This document shows, piece by piece, positions 49,153 to 59,628 of a stretch of DNA of 64,000 nt; positions within the stretch are counted from its first letter, which is position 1; each line of letters opens with the position of its first letter. The notes beneath the pieces were generated by a model that worked only from the letters and a program-made list of their open reading frames with translations, was not told where the DNA came from and did not search any database. This DNA is from an uncultured Spirochaetota bacterium (GTDB taxonomy: Bacteria > Spirochaetota > Spirochaetia > SZUA-6 > Fen-1364): contig CAWAHW010000002.1 in the NCBI GenBank assembly GCA_963781885.1, positions 1,376,001 to 1,440,000 of the forward strand. The letters run 5' to 3'. Both the position numbers and the translations under genes were made by a program.

Positions 49153-50854
49153 CTACCCCTTGATCTTGTCCTTCAGCATATCGCCAAGGGAGACCGTATC
49201 CTGCTTCGATTCGTCGTGGATGTACTTGTCCATCTCTTCGCGCTGCACGCGCTTCACGTAGTCCTTCAGGGAGAGGGACAGCTTCTGCTTCGCGGGGCTG
49301 CATTCCGTCACGACCGCCTGCACCGCGTCGCCCACCTTGTACTTCGCCATGGCGACTTCCAGCGGCTCCACCCGGTCGTCCACGATGTTCAGCTTGTGCA
49401 CGAGCCCCTCGATGCCGCCCTGGACGCGCACGAAGAAACCGAAATCGGTGATGTTGGTGATTTCCCCGTTGATCACGCTGCCGCGCGGGTAGGCGCGCGC
49501 GATGGATTCCCACGGGTCCTCGGAGAGCTGCTTGACGCCCAGCTGGACCTTGCCGCGCTCCTTGTCGATGCCGATCACCATCACCTCGATCTCATCGTCC
49601 ACCTTCGCGAATGACGAGGCGTTCCTGATCTTCTTGGTCCACGACATGTCGTCCACGTGCATGACCCCGTCGATGCCTTCTTCGATATCGAAGAAACAGG
49701 GCGTAGGGGCTCGCCCGCACGACCTTGCGGGTGAGGCGCATGCCGACCGGGTAGCGCTGGTCGATGTCGTCCCAGGGGTTGGGCAGCACCTGCTTCAGGC
49801 CCAGGGAGAGCTTGCCCTGCTGGATATCGTAGTTGAGGATCTTCGTCTCCACGACGTCGCCGACCTTCAGCACCTCGCGGGGATGCTTCACCTTGCGCAC
49901 CCAGGAGAGCTCGGAGATGTGCGCGAGGCCCTCGATGCCCTCTTCGATCTCGATGAAGGCGCCGAAATCGGCGAGCTTCGTGACCTTGCCCTTCACCACG
50001 TCGCCGATATGGTACTTCTCTTCGAAGTGGTTCCAGGGGTCTTCCGTGAAATGCTTCAGGCTCAGGTTGATGCGGCCGTCCTGCGCCTCCAGGCGGATGA
50101 CCTTCAGCTGGATGGACTCTCCGAGCTTCACGAAGTCCTTGGGCCGTGTCACGTGGCCCCAGCTCATGTCGTTGATGTGAAGGAGGCCGTCGAAACCGCC
50201 CAGGTCCACGAAAGCGCCGAAGGACGTGAAGCTCTTCACAATGCCTTCCACGGTGTCGCCGATCTTCACCTGGCCGAAGAACTCGTCGCGGCGCTTCTTG
50301 ATGTCCTCTTCCATCCAGTCACGGCGGGACACGACGATGTTCGTCTTGCCCTTCGCGTACAGCCGGTCGATGTAGAATGAGGACTTCACGCCGACGTAGT
50401 CGGAGTTTTCGCTGGGCCGCTTCACGTCCACCTTGGAAAGCGGGAGGAACGCGCGGATGTCGTTGCCGAGGTCCACCTCGTAGCCGCCCTTGATCTTGTG
50501 GGCGATGGTGCCCTGGACGGGCTTGTGCTCGTCGAAGGCGATCCGCAGGTCCTTCCAGAATATCTTTTCGTCCGCCTTGCGCTTGGAGACGATGACCTGT
50601 CCTTCGCGGCCTTCCTTGCGGACGAGGATGACGTACACCGTCTCGCCCATCTGCGGCTTCGTATCGAACTCGTTGCTCGCGATCTTTCCCTCTGACTTGT
50701 ATCCCACGTCGACATAGACGTAGTCGTCATCCACCTCGATGACGCGGCCAGGGATCATCTGCCCCTCCTCGATCGGCTGGAGGGACTGAACGTACTGCTC
50801 CTGAAGCTGGTTCTCAGCTTCCGGCGCGAGCTTCTTCTTGTCTTCTGTGCTCAT
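49153..50854 (-). CDS. rpsA: 30S ribosomal protein S1 (frameshift near 49695, likely sequencing error)
   Basis: VDVGYKSEG, FGAFVDLGGFDGLLHI.DMSW, successive S1 domains continuing in the second frame. Confidence 0.95.
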
Positions 50855-50856
50855 AG

Positions 50857-51516
50857 TCAGCGTATATCTCCCGGATTATTTCTGCTCACGAGAATAGCTT
50901 CACGTACTCTCTCACAAACTTGTTCTATGGTCAAGAGCGAGGTGTCGATATGGAGGGCGTCCGGGGCGGCAACGAGCCTGCCCGTAGGCTTGTTCCGGTC
51001 CACATTGTCCCTGTCCTGGATGGTCTTCTCGATCTCACCCAGTGACAGGCTGCTCACGCCCTGCTCGTGGCGCCGCGACGCGCGGGTGGCGACGTCCGCA
51101 TCGAGGAAGATCTTTACCGCGGCATCGGGAAAGACCACCGTGCCGATGTCGCGGCCTTCCACCACCGCGTTGCGCCCGGCCGCAAGCTCCCGGAGCCTGC
51201 GGTTGACCACGTCGCGCACGCCGGGAATCGATGAAAGCGCGGCAACCCCGTTGTCGACGTCATCTCCGTGGAGGAGGTCTTCCACGTTGCGGCCATCCAG
51301 CATGAGGTCAGCCCCGGAAAGCTCCAGCCGCGCGTCCTGGGCCGTTTTCTGCACGAGCGCCGGATTATCCGGAGGTATGTCCTTCTGGAGCACCGCAAGC
51401 GTGATGGCCCGATAGAAGCTGCCGGAGTTGATGTACAGAAAGCCCGCGTCCTTTGCCGCCCGGCGGGCGACGGTGCTCTTGCCGACGCCCGCCGGGCCGT
51501 CTATCGCCACTACCAT
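50857..51516 (-). CDS. cmk: Cytidylate kinase
   Basis: AIDGPAGVGKST, SG.FYRA, EGRDIGTVVFPDA; GGAGG SD. Confidence 0.95.
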   Translation of the reverse strand: MVVAIDGPAGVGKSTVARRAAKDAGFLYINSGSFYRAITLAVLQKDIPPDNPALVQKTAQDARLELSGADLMLDGRNVEDLLHGDDVDNGVAALSSIPGVRDVVNRRLRELAAGRNAVVEGRDIGTVVFPDAAVKIFLDADVATRASRRHEQGVSSLSLGEIEKTIQDRDNVDRNKPTGRLVAAPDALHIDTSLLTIEQVCERVREAILVSRNNPGDIR

Positions 51517-51527
51517 GCTCCCTCCAC

Positions 51528-52256
51528 TCAGGCGTGCTCCATGAACCACCGGACCTCGCGCTCCGTGAGGCGGCGGAAGTGGCCGGCGGGGATGCCGCGC
51601 AGCGTGAGCGGGCCGATGCGCACGCGGTGGACTCTCTTCAGCCGGATGTTGCGGCTGGCAAAGACGTTGCGCAGCTCGCGGTTTTTTCCTTCCACGAGCG
51701 TGATGGTGGCCGAGTGCGGACTGCGCAGCCGGTAGCTGGTGCAGCGATACGTGATGTCGCCGACCCGCATGCCCTTCTGGTATTGGCGGAGGAAATCTTC
51801 ATCGATGGCCCTCCCCGTCTCCACGAGGTACTCCTTTTCGATGCGGGACCGGGGGTGGGAGACGATCTTCGTGAACTCTCCGTCATTCGTGTAGAGGATC
51901 AGGCCGCTGGAAAGGAAGTCGAGCCTTCCGACGTGGAAGAGCCTCTCCTTGATCGCGGAGCTGTAGAGCGTGCGCGCGACGGGCCTTCCTTCCGGATCGG
52001 TGTTGGCACAGATGAAGCCCGCTGGCTTGTGCAGGGCGATGTAGACGTGCGTGCGCGCGGGGGTGACTTTCCGCCCGTCCATCGTGACGCGGTCCGCGGG
52101 CTGGACCTTCTCTCCCAGCCGGGTCACGGTCTGGCCATTGACCTGGATCCTTCCGTCCGTGATGAACGTCTCACAGGTACGGCGCGAGCCGACCCCGCAG
52201 CGCGCGAGATAGAGCTGGAGGCGAACCGGGGCCGACGGCGCGCTATTCCCGCTCAA
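51528..52256 (-). CDS. rluB: rRNA pseudouridine synthase (RluB/RsuA family)
   Basis: S4 domain RLQ.YLA..GV.SRR; VGRLD..SSGL..TNDGE; EGKNRELR. Confidence 0.9.
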   Translation of the reverse strand: MSGNSAPSAPVRLQLYLARCGVGSRRTCETFITDGRIQVNGQTVTRLGEKVQPADRVTMDGRKVTPARTHVYIALHKPAGFICANTDPEGRPVARTLYSSAIKERLFHVGRLDFLSSGLILYTNDGEFTKIVSHPRSRIEKEYLVETGRAIDEDFLRQYQKGMRVGDITYRCTSYRLRSPHSATITLVEGKNRELRNVFASRNIRLKRVHRVRIGPLTLRGIPAGHFRRLTEREVRWFMEHA

Positions 52257-52779
52257 AGCGTTCCTTCTCCAGGCCGTCGAGCTTCGGAAGGTCGGAAATC
52301 GTCGCCAGGCGGAACGCCTTCAGGAACTCGCGCGTCGTGCCGTACTGGACCGGCTTTCCCGGCACGTCCTTCTTGCCGACCTCGCGGATGAAGCTGCGGC
52401 TCACAAGGAGCTTGATCATGCCGTCGGCGGAAACGCCGCGGATGCTCTCCACCTCGGCGCGCGTGATGGGCTGGGAGTAGGCGATGATCGCCAGCGTCTC
52501 CAGGGCGGCCTTCGACAGCCTGTTCTCCGCGCTTTTTCCGTAGCGCTCGCGCAGCTGCTCCCACAACGACTTGCGGGGGGCGAAGGAGTAGCCGCCGCCG
52601 ATCTCCACGATCTCTATGCCATGGCCGTCCGCCTCCAGCGCCGCGCGCAGATGCTGAAGCGCTTCCTGCACGGCATCGGCGGAAAGCCCCGTGATGTCGA
52701 TGAGCTTCCGTGTCTCCACCGGGTCGTTTTCGAGCAGAAGGACCGCCTCGATGAGGGCCGCCTCCCTAGTGATTTCCAT
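52243..52779 (-). CDS. scpB: SMC-Scp complex subunit ScpB
   Basis: LSKAALETLAIIAYSQPITRAEVESIRGV, GKPVQYGTT..FL. Confidence 0.96.
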   Translation of the reverse strand: MEITREAALIEAVLLLENDPVETRKLIDITGLSADAVQEALQHLRAALEADGHGIEIVEIGGGYSFAPRKSLWEQLRERYGKSAENRLSKAALETLAIIAYSQPITRAEVESIRGVSADGMIKLLVSRSFIREVGKKDVPGKPVQYGTTREFLKAFRLATISDLPKLDGLEKERFERE

Positions 52780-53587
52780 GATCTTCAGATCCCTCCGGCA
52801 GCGCACTCGTCCTCATTTGCTCGAGGCCCTCAATCTCCGGCAGAAGCGGCGGAGGCGCGGTCTCTGCGCGGCGGGCCCGTATCCTGATATCCCCGAAAAG
52901 CCTGTTCTGCAAGACCACGATCCGTCTTTCCTTGACGAGCTCCAGCACCGCCCAGAACGAGCAGACGATCTCCAGGAGCGTCCTCTTCTTCACGAGATCG
53001 GTGAACATGAACTCGTCGTGCTCCTCCAGGAGCTCGGAGACAAGCGTGATCTTCTCATTGACGCTCACCTCCTCGTAGAGATCGATGATCCGCTCCGAGG
53101 AGAGATTGGACAGGAGGGAGGAGAATGTCTGGAGGAGGTCCCAGACGCTCACCTGCTCCCAGATGCCTTCATCGGAGAAGGGCAGGATGCGCTGGCTGCG
53201 GGTGCGCTCGATGATCCACTCCACCTCCCCTTCCCTGTCGGCCATCAGGTCGGAGAGCTTGCGGAAGCGCTGGTACTCGATGAGCTTGTCCACCAGCTCC
53301 TTGCGGGGATCTTCGAACTCGTCGTCGAGGCTCAGCTCGACGGGCAGGAGCATCTTGCTCTTGATGTAGAGGAGCGTGGAAGCCATGAGATAGAACTCGG
53401 TCATTGTGTCCAGATCCACCTTCGTGGCAAAACCCAGGAAGGAGAGGTACTGCTCGGTGATGGAGGCGATGGGAATGTCGTAGATGTTGACCTCGGATTT
53501 CCGGATCAGGAAGAGCAGGAGGTCCAGGGGGCCGTCGAACTGGCCGAGATGGAAATGCTGCTTTTCGCTCGCGTTGGGGTCAGACAT
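52766..53587 (-). CDS. scpA: Segregation and condensation protein ScpA
   Basis: FDGPLDLLLFLI...DIPIASITEQYL, MASTLLYIKSKMLLP, FWAVLEL. Confidence 0.96.
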   Translation of the reverse strand: MSDPNASEKQHFHLGQFDGPLDLLLFLIRKSEVNIYDIPIASITEQYLSFLGFATKVDLDTMTEFYLMASTLLYIKSKMLLPVELSLDDEFEDPRKELVDKLIEYQRFRKLSDLMADREGEVEWIIERTRSQRILPFSDEGIWEQVSVWDLLQTFSSLLSNLSSERIIDLYEEVSVNEKITLVSELLEEHDEFMFTDLVKKRTLLEIVCSFWAVLELVKERRIVVLQNRLFGDIRIRARRAETAPPPLLPEIEGLEQMRTSALPEGSEDHGNH

Positions 53588-53608
53588 CGCTCCGAGGCTT
53601 CGCTCCCT

Positions 53609-54169
53609 TCATGGTGTTCGTGCGGACGGCGGTATCGGGTCAGTATAGTCACCCGGACCGTAAAGGTAAACACCCTCCTCTGCGCCCGGCAGGGCGCGAA
53701 GCTCCGCGGCATGGTCCGCAAGCTTCCGTCCCGTGAGTGGATGAACGAGGAGTGGGGCGAGCTCCAGAAGCGGGATGAGCGCGAAAAGACGCTCTGATAG
53801 ACGGGGGTGCGGAATGACCAGGGTGAGGGTATGCATGACGAGGTTTCCGCAGAGCAGGATGTCGAGGTCCAGGGTGCGGGGGCCCATCCTGATCTCCCGG
53901 CTGCGGTCCCGGCCGAGCTCCTTTTCGATTCGCTGGAGAGCCTCCAGCAGCTTCTGGGGCGGAAGGTCGGTGAGAAGCTCACCGACAGCGTTCAGGTACA
54001 GCGGCTGGTCGGTGACATACATCGGCCGTGTTTCGTAGATCGAAGAAAGCCTCATGAAGGAGCAGAGCGGGTTAAGGCGCCGCCAGCCTTCCCGCAGATT
54101 GCCTTCGCGGTCCCCGAGATTGGCGCCGAGCGCCACGTGGTAGCGGCGTGCCTTTTCGGGCGGCGCCAA
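53609..54169 (-). CDS. folK: 2-amino-4-hydroxy-6-hydroxymethyldihydropteridine pyrophosphokinase
   Basis: ALGANLGDR, SSIYETRP, QPLYLNAV, GPRTLDLDIL, IPHPRL.ER.F. Confidence 0.95.
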   Translation of the reverse strand: MAPPEKARRYHVALGANLGDREGNLREGWRRLNPLCSFMRLSSIYETRPMYVTDQPLYLNAVGELLTDLPPQKLLEALQRIEKELGRDRSREIRMGPRTLDLDILLCGNLVMHTLTLVIPHPRLSERLFALIPLLELAPLLVHPLTGRKLADHAAELRALPGAEEGVYLYGPGDYTDPIPPSARTP

Positions 54170-54187
54170 TGTGTCCGGAACTGTCAG

Positions 54188-55369
54188 CTAGAAGAGCTCC
54201 TTTCCTGGATCCCCTCCCCCGGTGTCCTCGTCCGCATACTCCGATGGCGGAGCCGCCGACCGGGTCTTTGTAGGAAGAGGCTGGATGACGGGAGCCGCGG
54301 GCGGCTCGCTGGATGGTGCAGGACCGTTTCCCGGCTTGGGAAAGAGCGTGTCCCGCACCTTCTTTTCCACTTCCGCGTAGACCGCGGGATTGGATTCCAG
54401 GAAGAGACGGGCATTCTCCACGCCCTGGCCGATGCGCTCCTTGCCGTAGGAGTACCAGCTGCCCGCCTTTTCAACGAGGTTGATCTGGAGGGCTGCATCC
54501 AGGAGGCTTCCCACGGCGGATATGCCTTTCCCAAACATGATGTCCATCTCCGCCTTGCGGAAAGGAGGCGCGACCTTGTTCTTGACGACCTTCACCCTCA
54601 CCTTGTTGCCCACGACCTCGTCGCTGCCGTGCGCGATGCTTTCCACCTTGCGGATCTCAAGGCGCAGGGATGAATAGAACTTCAGCGCGAAGCCGCCCGT
54701 GGTCGTCTCAGGGTTGCCGAACATGACGCCGATCTTCATGCGGATCTGGTTGATGAAGATCAGGACGGTGCGCGTCTTGGAGATGGTTCCCGTGAGCTTG
54801 CGCAACGCCTGGCTCATCAGGCGCGCCTGCAGACCCATGTGGGAATCTCCCATGTCGCCTTCTATCTCCGCGCGGGGCGTGAGGGCCGCCACCGAGTCGA
54901 CGACGATGACGTCCATGGACCCCGAGCGGACCAGCGCCTCCACGATCTCCAGCGCCTGCTCCCCCGTGTCCGGCTGCGACACCCAGAGCTCGTCCACGTT
55001 CACGCCGAGGTTTTTTGCATAGACGGGGTCCAGGGCATGCTCCGCGTCCACGAAGGCGGCGATGCCCCCCTGCTTCTGAGACTCCGCGATTGCATGGAGC
55101 GCGAGCGTGGTTTTCCCCGAGGATTCGGGGCCGTATATCTCCACGACCCTGCCGCGCGGGTACCCGCCGACGCCGAGCGCCGCGTCCAAGAGGATTGAGC
55201 CGGAGGGGATGACATCCACGTCTGCCCGGCGGATATTGTCCCCGAGCTTCATGAGGGAACCCTTGCCGAACTGCTTCTCTATCTGCAGCCGGGCAGCCTC
55301 CAGGGCGCGCGACTTTTCCTCATGGACGCTGGAGCTCTTCTCCGCGGGGGGAGCCTCTTTCTTCGCCAT
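54188..55369 (-). CDS. recA: Recombinase RecA
   Basis: [45 protein letters not shown]. Confidence 0.99.
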   Translation of the reverse strand: MAKKEAPPAEKSSSVHEEKSRALEAARLQIEKQFGKGSLMKLGDNIRRADVDVIPSGSILLDAALGVGGYPRGRVVEIYGPESSGKTTLALHAIAESQKQGGIAAFVDAEHALDPVYAKNLGVNVDELWVSQPDTGEQALEIVEALVRSGSMDVIVVDSVAALTPRAEIEGDMGDSHMGLQARLMSQALRKLTGTISKTRTVLIFINQIRMKIGVMFGNPETTTGGFALKFYSSLRLEIRKVESIAHGSDEVVGNKVRVKVVKNKVAPPFRKAEMDIMFGKGISAVGSLLDAALQINLVEKAGSWYSYGKERIGQGVENARLFLESNPAVYAEVEKKVRDTLFPKPGNGPAPSSEPPAAPVIQPLPTKTRSAAPPSEYADEDTGGGDPGKELF

Positions 55370-55458
55370 TCTGCCTCAGCCTCTCTTTACCCGTAATACG
55401 CCGGAAATGACTGGTCGATTGAGCAACGGGTCCGATAAGTATAATCGGAAGCCCGACG

Positions 55459-56145
55459 ATGTCCAGTGGAGCGGCGCACGGCGCCATCATATCCATCGCA
55501 TTTCTGCTCGCGGCGGTGACGCTCGCCGCGCAGGACTGGGAGGCCTTTGCCGCCGGCAGCGGCAGCGCCCAGGACCCGGTGCTCCTGTCCGCAATGGCGG
55601 CGGGGGACCTGCAGACAGCCCTGGGCATCTGCCGCGGGGTGAGCCGCCGCTCCGATCCTTCGATGGTCAATTTCATCCAGGCGCTCACAAGCACCCCGGC
55701 ACGAGCCCCCTGGCGAAGCGAGCTCCTTCTCCGCATACTGCTGGAGCCCTTGGCCGAGGCGGGGACAAGCGAAGATTTCCGCAGCGCGCGCCTCCAGGCG
55801 AACGCAAGCGCCCTCAACGATCTGTATTCCCGCATCGATGACTGGAAAGACGCCCAGCTTGCCGCGGCGCTCGTCCGCATTGCGCCCTTTGCGGCAACAC
55901 CAGCATCCTTGCAGGCCGTCATGCGCGTCGGGGCGCGCGTGATCGCGGAGCTACAAAAAGGCAACGGCCTCATCCCTTCCGAGGAGACCGCGCTCGCCCT
56001 TGATTGCGTTTCATCCGCTGCCGCACTGCGTCGGCCGGAAATGGCCGAGCTGTGCATGCAAATGGCCCGGCTTTCACATGAGCCGGTCCTCGTGAAGGCG
56101 GCGCGCGCCGCGGCTGCCACCCTGCTTTCGCTTCCTGCTCCGTGA
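55459..56145 (+). CDS. Hypothetical exported helical (HEAT-like) protein
   Basis: Signal peptide, Ala/Leu-rich helices; TATAAT at 55440. Confidence 0.6.
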   Translation: MSSGAAHGAIISIAFLLAAVTLAAQDWEAFAAGSGSAQDPVLLSAMAAGDLQTALGICRGVSRRSDPSMVNFIQALTSTPARAPWRSELLLRILLEPLAEAGTSEDFRSARLQANASALNDLYSRIDDWKDAQLAAALVRIAPFAATPASLQAVMRVGARVIAELQKGNGLIPSEETALALDCVSSAAALRRPEMAELCMQMARLSHEPVLVKAARAAAATLLSLPAP

Positions 56146-56203
56146 GGGCGTGGACGCCCTTCTTCCGTGGACTCCCCCCCGCGTTTCTGGTAGATTCACC
56201 CCC

Positions 56204-57310
56204 ATGCGCGGCAGGCTGAAAATATTCTCCACGCGAGCGCTCTCCGACTATCACCAGGAGGTGAGCCGGGCGCTGCACGCGCAGGACCTTTTCCAGGAAG
56301 GGCACGGGGCGGCGGATTTCGACGGGGAGCTTTCGATCTCGAAATTCGCCGACGGCGAGATGGAGGCGGAGCTGGGCACGTCCGTACGCGGCTGCGACGT
56401 TTTCCTCTTTGCCGGCGGCGCGCGCTGCGCGGGCGGCGCCACGGTGGAGGAGAACAAGCTGGAGACCTATCACGCCGTCGACGCCTTGCGCCGCGCGCAG
56501 GCCCAGCGCATCACCGTCTTCGAGCCGTACTGCAGCCCGGGGAGGTCGGATCGGCTCACGCGACGCAACTCGGTGGGGCTCTGGCTGCACTTCAAGATCC
56601 TCATCAGCCTCGGCACCGATCACTACATCACGTTCCAGCTCCACTCCGAGAAATCCAAGACATTCATCGATCCGGCGCACTGCTCCGTCGACGACATGCC
56701 CGGACAGGCGCTCCTCCAATCATACATATGCGACAACATCGTCCAGTCGCGCGATAGGCTCCACGGTGAAGTGCGGCGGCAGTGGCTCTTCTGCTCCGTG
56801 GACGCCGGCGGCGAGGCGCTTGCAAAGAAGTTCGCCGCCTCCTTCGGCACGAAGATCATCATCTCCCACAAGCAGCGCGACTACTCGACGGCGAACAAGG
56901 TGGAGTCGATCAGCATCCTCACCTCCGAGCCCATCGAGGGGAAGACGGTCTGGATCATCGACGACATGATCGACACGGGTGATTCCATGTGCAAGCTCGT
57001 CCACGAGCTGGCACGCTACTCCCCTGCCGCGATCAACATCGCCGTCGTGCACGCGGTGTTCTCCCCGCCGGCGATCGAGCGGATCGGCGAGCTGTGCGAC
57101 CGCAAGCTCATCGGCACGCTCCTGGTCTCCGACACCGTCGCCTGCACGCAGCAAGTGCTGCAAAAGCTGCCCTGCGTGCGCGTCGTCTCCTCGACGCGTC
57201 TGGCGGCGGAGATCATCTACCGCCTCCACGCGGAGCTTGCCCTGTCGCCGCTTCTCGCGCAGTTCAACGCGGATGATTACCTGAAGGAAAATCGGCCTCT
57301 CGAGGCCTGA
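56204..57310 (+). CDS. prs: Ribose-phosphate pyrophosphokinase (divergent)
   Basis: FADGE, SVRGCDVF, R.DR, LHS, DAGG, K.R, IIDDMIDTG, HAVFS. Confidence 0.88.
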   Translation: MRGRLKIFSTRALSDYHQEVSRALHAQDLFQEGHGAADFDGELSISKFADGEMEAELGTSVRGCDVFLFAGGARCAGGATVEENKLETYHAVDALRRAQAQRITVFEPYCSPGRSDRLTRRNSVGLWLHFKILISLGTDHYITFQLHSEKSKTFIDPAHCSVDDMPGQALLQSYICDNIVQSRDRLHGEVRRQWLFCSVDAGGEALAKKFAASFGTKIIISHKQRDYSTANKVESISILTSEPIEGKTVWIIDDMIDTGDSMCKLVHELARYSPAAINIAVVHAVFSPPAIERIGELCDRKLIGTLLVSDTVACTQQVLQKLPCVRVVSSTRLAAEIIYRLHAELALSPLLAQFNADDYLKENRPLEA

Positions 57311-58086
57311 AGGAAGCCTTCCCGGACGAGCTGGTCCAGGGCCGCATCCAGTCTCGCGTCGGCGTTTCCCAGCGCTCTTGCGATCTGTGCTTTTGTCGCC
57401 GACCGGAGGGAAAGAATTGCCTCGAGTATGCGCCCACGGAGCTGGCGCACGGAGCCTTCGAATGCGGGCTGTTTCCTGTATCGCGCGCTGCGCTTGTTTG
57501 CATCCCTGTCCTTTGCGGCGAGCATCGCGCCATAGTCCATGAGGGCATAGAACCACTCGCGCGGATTGCCGCGGTCCATCGTCGACTCGACAAGGGGCAT
57601 GATGCGCGAATCTGTCACCGCGATCTGCCCGGGGAAGTAGAAGTGCAGGTAGACGCGCCGCACGTTCGTCTCGATGAAGGCAATGGGCAGGTTGAAGGCA
57701 TAGACAAGCACGGCCGCCGCCGTTGCGTGACCGATGCCGGGAAGCGCTTCCAGCTCGGCGAGCGTGCGGGGCAGCCTGCCCCCGTGCTCCCGGCAGATGA
57801 TGCCCGCCGTCCGCAGGAGCGCCAGGGCGCGGCGGTTGTACCCGAGCCCTTTCCAGGCGGCAAGCACCTCCGCCACGCCGGCCTGCGCCAGCTTCTGCAT
57901 CGTCGGGAAGCTCTTGAGAAACGCGCCATACTTTGTCATCACACGCGCGATGCCCGTTTGCTGGAGCATGAGCTCCGACACGAGAACCCTGTACGGCGAA
58001 CGGGTGAAGCGCCAGGGCATGGGCCGATAATGATCCCGGTACCAGGACCAGATGCGGGCGCGAAAGGCGCGGGGCGAAGGGATCAG
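57277..58086 (-). CDS. HhH-GPD DNA glycosylase, short MutY-like form without Fe-S cluster
   Basis: Frame extends upstream to a CTG at 58086 (FRARIWSWY...MPWR); SELMLQQT, W.GLGYNRRA, LPGIG..TA, ETNVRR; no cluster cysteines. Confidence 0.85.
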   Translation of the reverse strand: MIPSPRAFRARIWSWYRDHYRPMPWRFTRSPYRVLVSELMLQQTGIARVMTKYGAFLKSFPTMQKLAQAGVAEVLAAWKGLGYNRRALALLRTAGIICREHGGRLPRTLAELEALPGIGHATAAAVLVYAFNLPIAFIETNVRRVYLHFYFPGQIAVTDSRIMPLVESTMDRGNPREWFYALMDYGAMLAAKDRDANKRSARYRKQPAFEGSVRQLRGRILEAILSLRSATKAQIARALGNADARLDAALDQLVREGFLQASRGRFSFR

Positions 58087-58532
58087 AACCTTTTCTCCGT
58101 GTCCAGGAGTATCGTGACAGGTCCCATGTTCGTATAGGAGACTTCCATGGACGCCTGGAATTCGCCTGACGCGACCGTGAGACCGGAGCCCTGGAGCATG
58201 CGAAGCGCCGTCTCATAGAGAACGCGCGCCACGGCAGGCTCCGCGGCCTCCGTGTAGGAGGGCCTGCGGCCATCCCGCGCGTCGCCGAAAAGGGTGAACT
58301 GTGAAACGACGAGCAGCGCCTTGGCGTCATCGAGCGCGGAGCGATTCATCCTGCCATTCTCATCCGTGAAGATGCGGAGGTTGACGATCTTGTCGCAGAG
58401 AGCGCGCACGTCGCGCTCGGTGTCGGAGCGCCCGACTCCGAGATAGACCAGAAGGCCGTCCTCGATGCGTCCCTTCAGGATGCCGTCGACATGAACGGCG
58501 CAGGCGCGGACACGCTGAACGACGGCGCGCAT
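58083..58532 (-). CDS. dtd: D-aminoacyl-tRNA deacylase
   Basis: MRAVVQRV, LRIF.D..G.MN, SQFTL, GRRPS, N.GPVT. Confidence 0.96.
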   Translation of the reverse strand: MRAVVQRVRACAVHVDGILKGRIEDGLLVYLGVGRSDTERDVRALCDKIVNLRIFTDENGRMNRSALDDAKALLVVSQFTLFGDARDGRRPSYTEAAEPAVARVLYETALRMLQGSGLTVASGEFQASMEVSYTNMGPVTILLDTEKRF

Positions 58533-58542
58533 AGCGGTTCCT

Positions 58543-59616
58543 TCAGGGCGAGACGAGCGCGTGCACGGAGATGCCGTTGAGCGTGATCGCCGTGCCATGG
58601 ACCACCACCTGGCCGAGGACCTCCAGCGCGGAGCCGTTGGAGAGTTGCGCGGCAAAACCGAGCGTGACGGGAACGATTCCTTCGAGCTGCTTTTCCTGAT
58701 CGTAGCCTTCCAGCAGGTCGAAGGTGATCGCGTCTTTGCCGTTGTTGAGATTGGCGATCTTGCCCTTCCACCGGATCGTGCAGCCGTCATAGAGGGCGGG
58801 CTGGTGGGAGACCGTGGCATAGGAATACGGGTCGCGGAACGTGTCGAATGTCGGCAGGGTGACAAAACCCTTCAGCATGCGCGCCCGCTCCTTGACCGCG
58901 GGAGCCGCGTTTGAAAGCAGGATGCGGTTGATCTCCACGGTTGCCGGGTTGTCGCGGTAGGCAAGCAGGTAGCTCTTTGCGCTCTGGAAGGACTTGCGCA
59001 CGTCGCGTTCCGACAACACAAACGTGAAGTCCGTGCCCGTGTCGATGTAGGAGCCGATGTCGCTCGGTATCTCGATGGCGGAGACGCCCGGCCGTTGTGC
59101 CTCCGGCGGCCGCATGCTCCGCACGACGATGAACGCGCCGCCGGCAAGAATCAGGACCCCGAGGACTGCGATGATGAGGGAAACCGGCACGGCGCGGCGC
59201 GGCAGGGGCGGATAGAGAAGCTTCAGACGGCCCGTGTCGATGAGCTCCTGGAGCTGGTCTGGCGTGAGCCCGCGGCGCAGGATGTCCAGGCCGCGGCGCG
59301 CCGTTGGGTTGGACGGCTGGCTCTCCAGCACGGAGAGCCACCGCTTGAGCGCCGTCTCGTTCTCTCCCTTGCGGAAGTGGACCGCGGCGAGCCCCAGCAC
59401 GACATTGATGTCCTCGTCGTCGATCTGGTGGGCGCGGCTGATATAGGAAAATGCTCCGCCGAGGTCACCGGTGTGCAGGCACGAGAAGCCCAGCAGCTGG
59501 AAATACTCGAAGCTCTCCCGGTACTTGAAGACGTCGGGCTCAAGCAGGCGAATGACCTCCGCGAAGCGCCGGGCCCGATAGAGCTGGCGCGCCTCTGTCA
59601 GGCTCTTCACCTTCAT
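58543..59616 (-). CDS. TPR protein with TM helix and C-terminal OB-like domain
   Basis: N-terminal TPRs, TM IIAVLGVLILAGGAFIVV, C-terminal WKGKIANL beta domain. Confidence 0.75.
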   Translation of the reverse strand: MKVKSLTEARQLYRARRFAEVIRLLEPDVFKYRESFEYFQLLGFSCLHTGDLGGAFSYISRAHQIDDEDINVVLGLAAVHFRKGENETALKRWLSVLESQPSNPTARRGLDILRRGLTPDQLQELIDTGRLKLLYPPLPRRAVPVSLIIAVLGVLILAGGAFIVVRSMRPPEAQRPGVSAIEIPSDIGSYIDTGTDFTFVLSERDVRKSFQSAKSYLLAYRDNPATVEINRILLSNAAPAVKERARMLKGFVTLPTFDTFRDPYSYATVSHQPALYDGCTIRWKGKIANLNNGKDAITFDLLEGYDQEKQLEGIVPVTLGFAAQLSNGSALEVLGQVVVHGTAITLNGISVHALVSP

Positions 59617-59628
59617 CGGTGTGTCGTC

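Noticed and set aside
49153-50854. rpsA, miaB, nrnA and the sigma54 activator as pseudogenes or programmed frameshifts
   Set aside because: Single indels with otherwise intact motifs, no consistent slippery sites, and rpsA is essential; sequencing error is the simplest explanation
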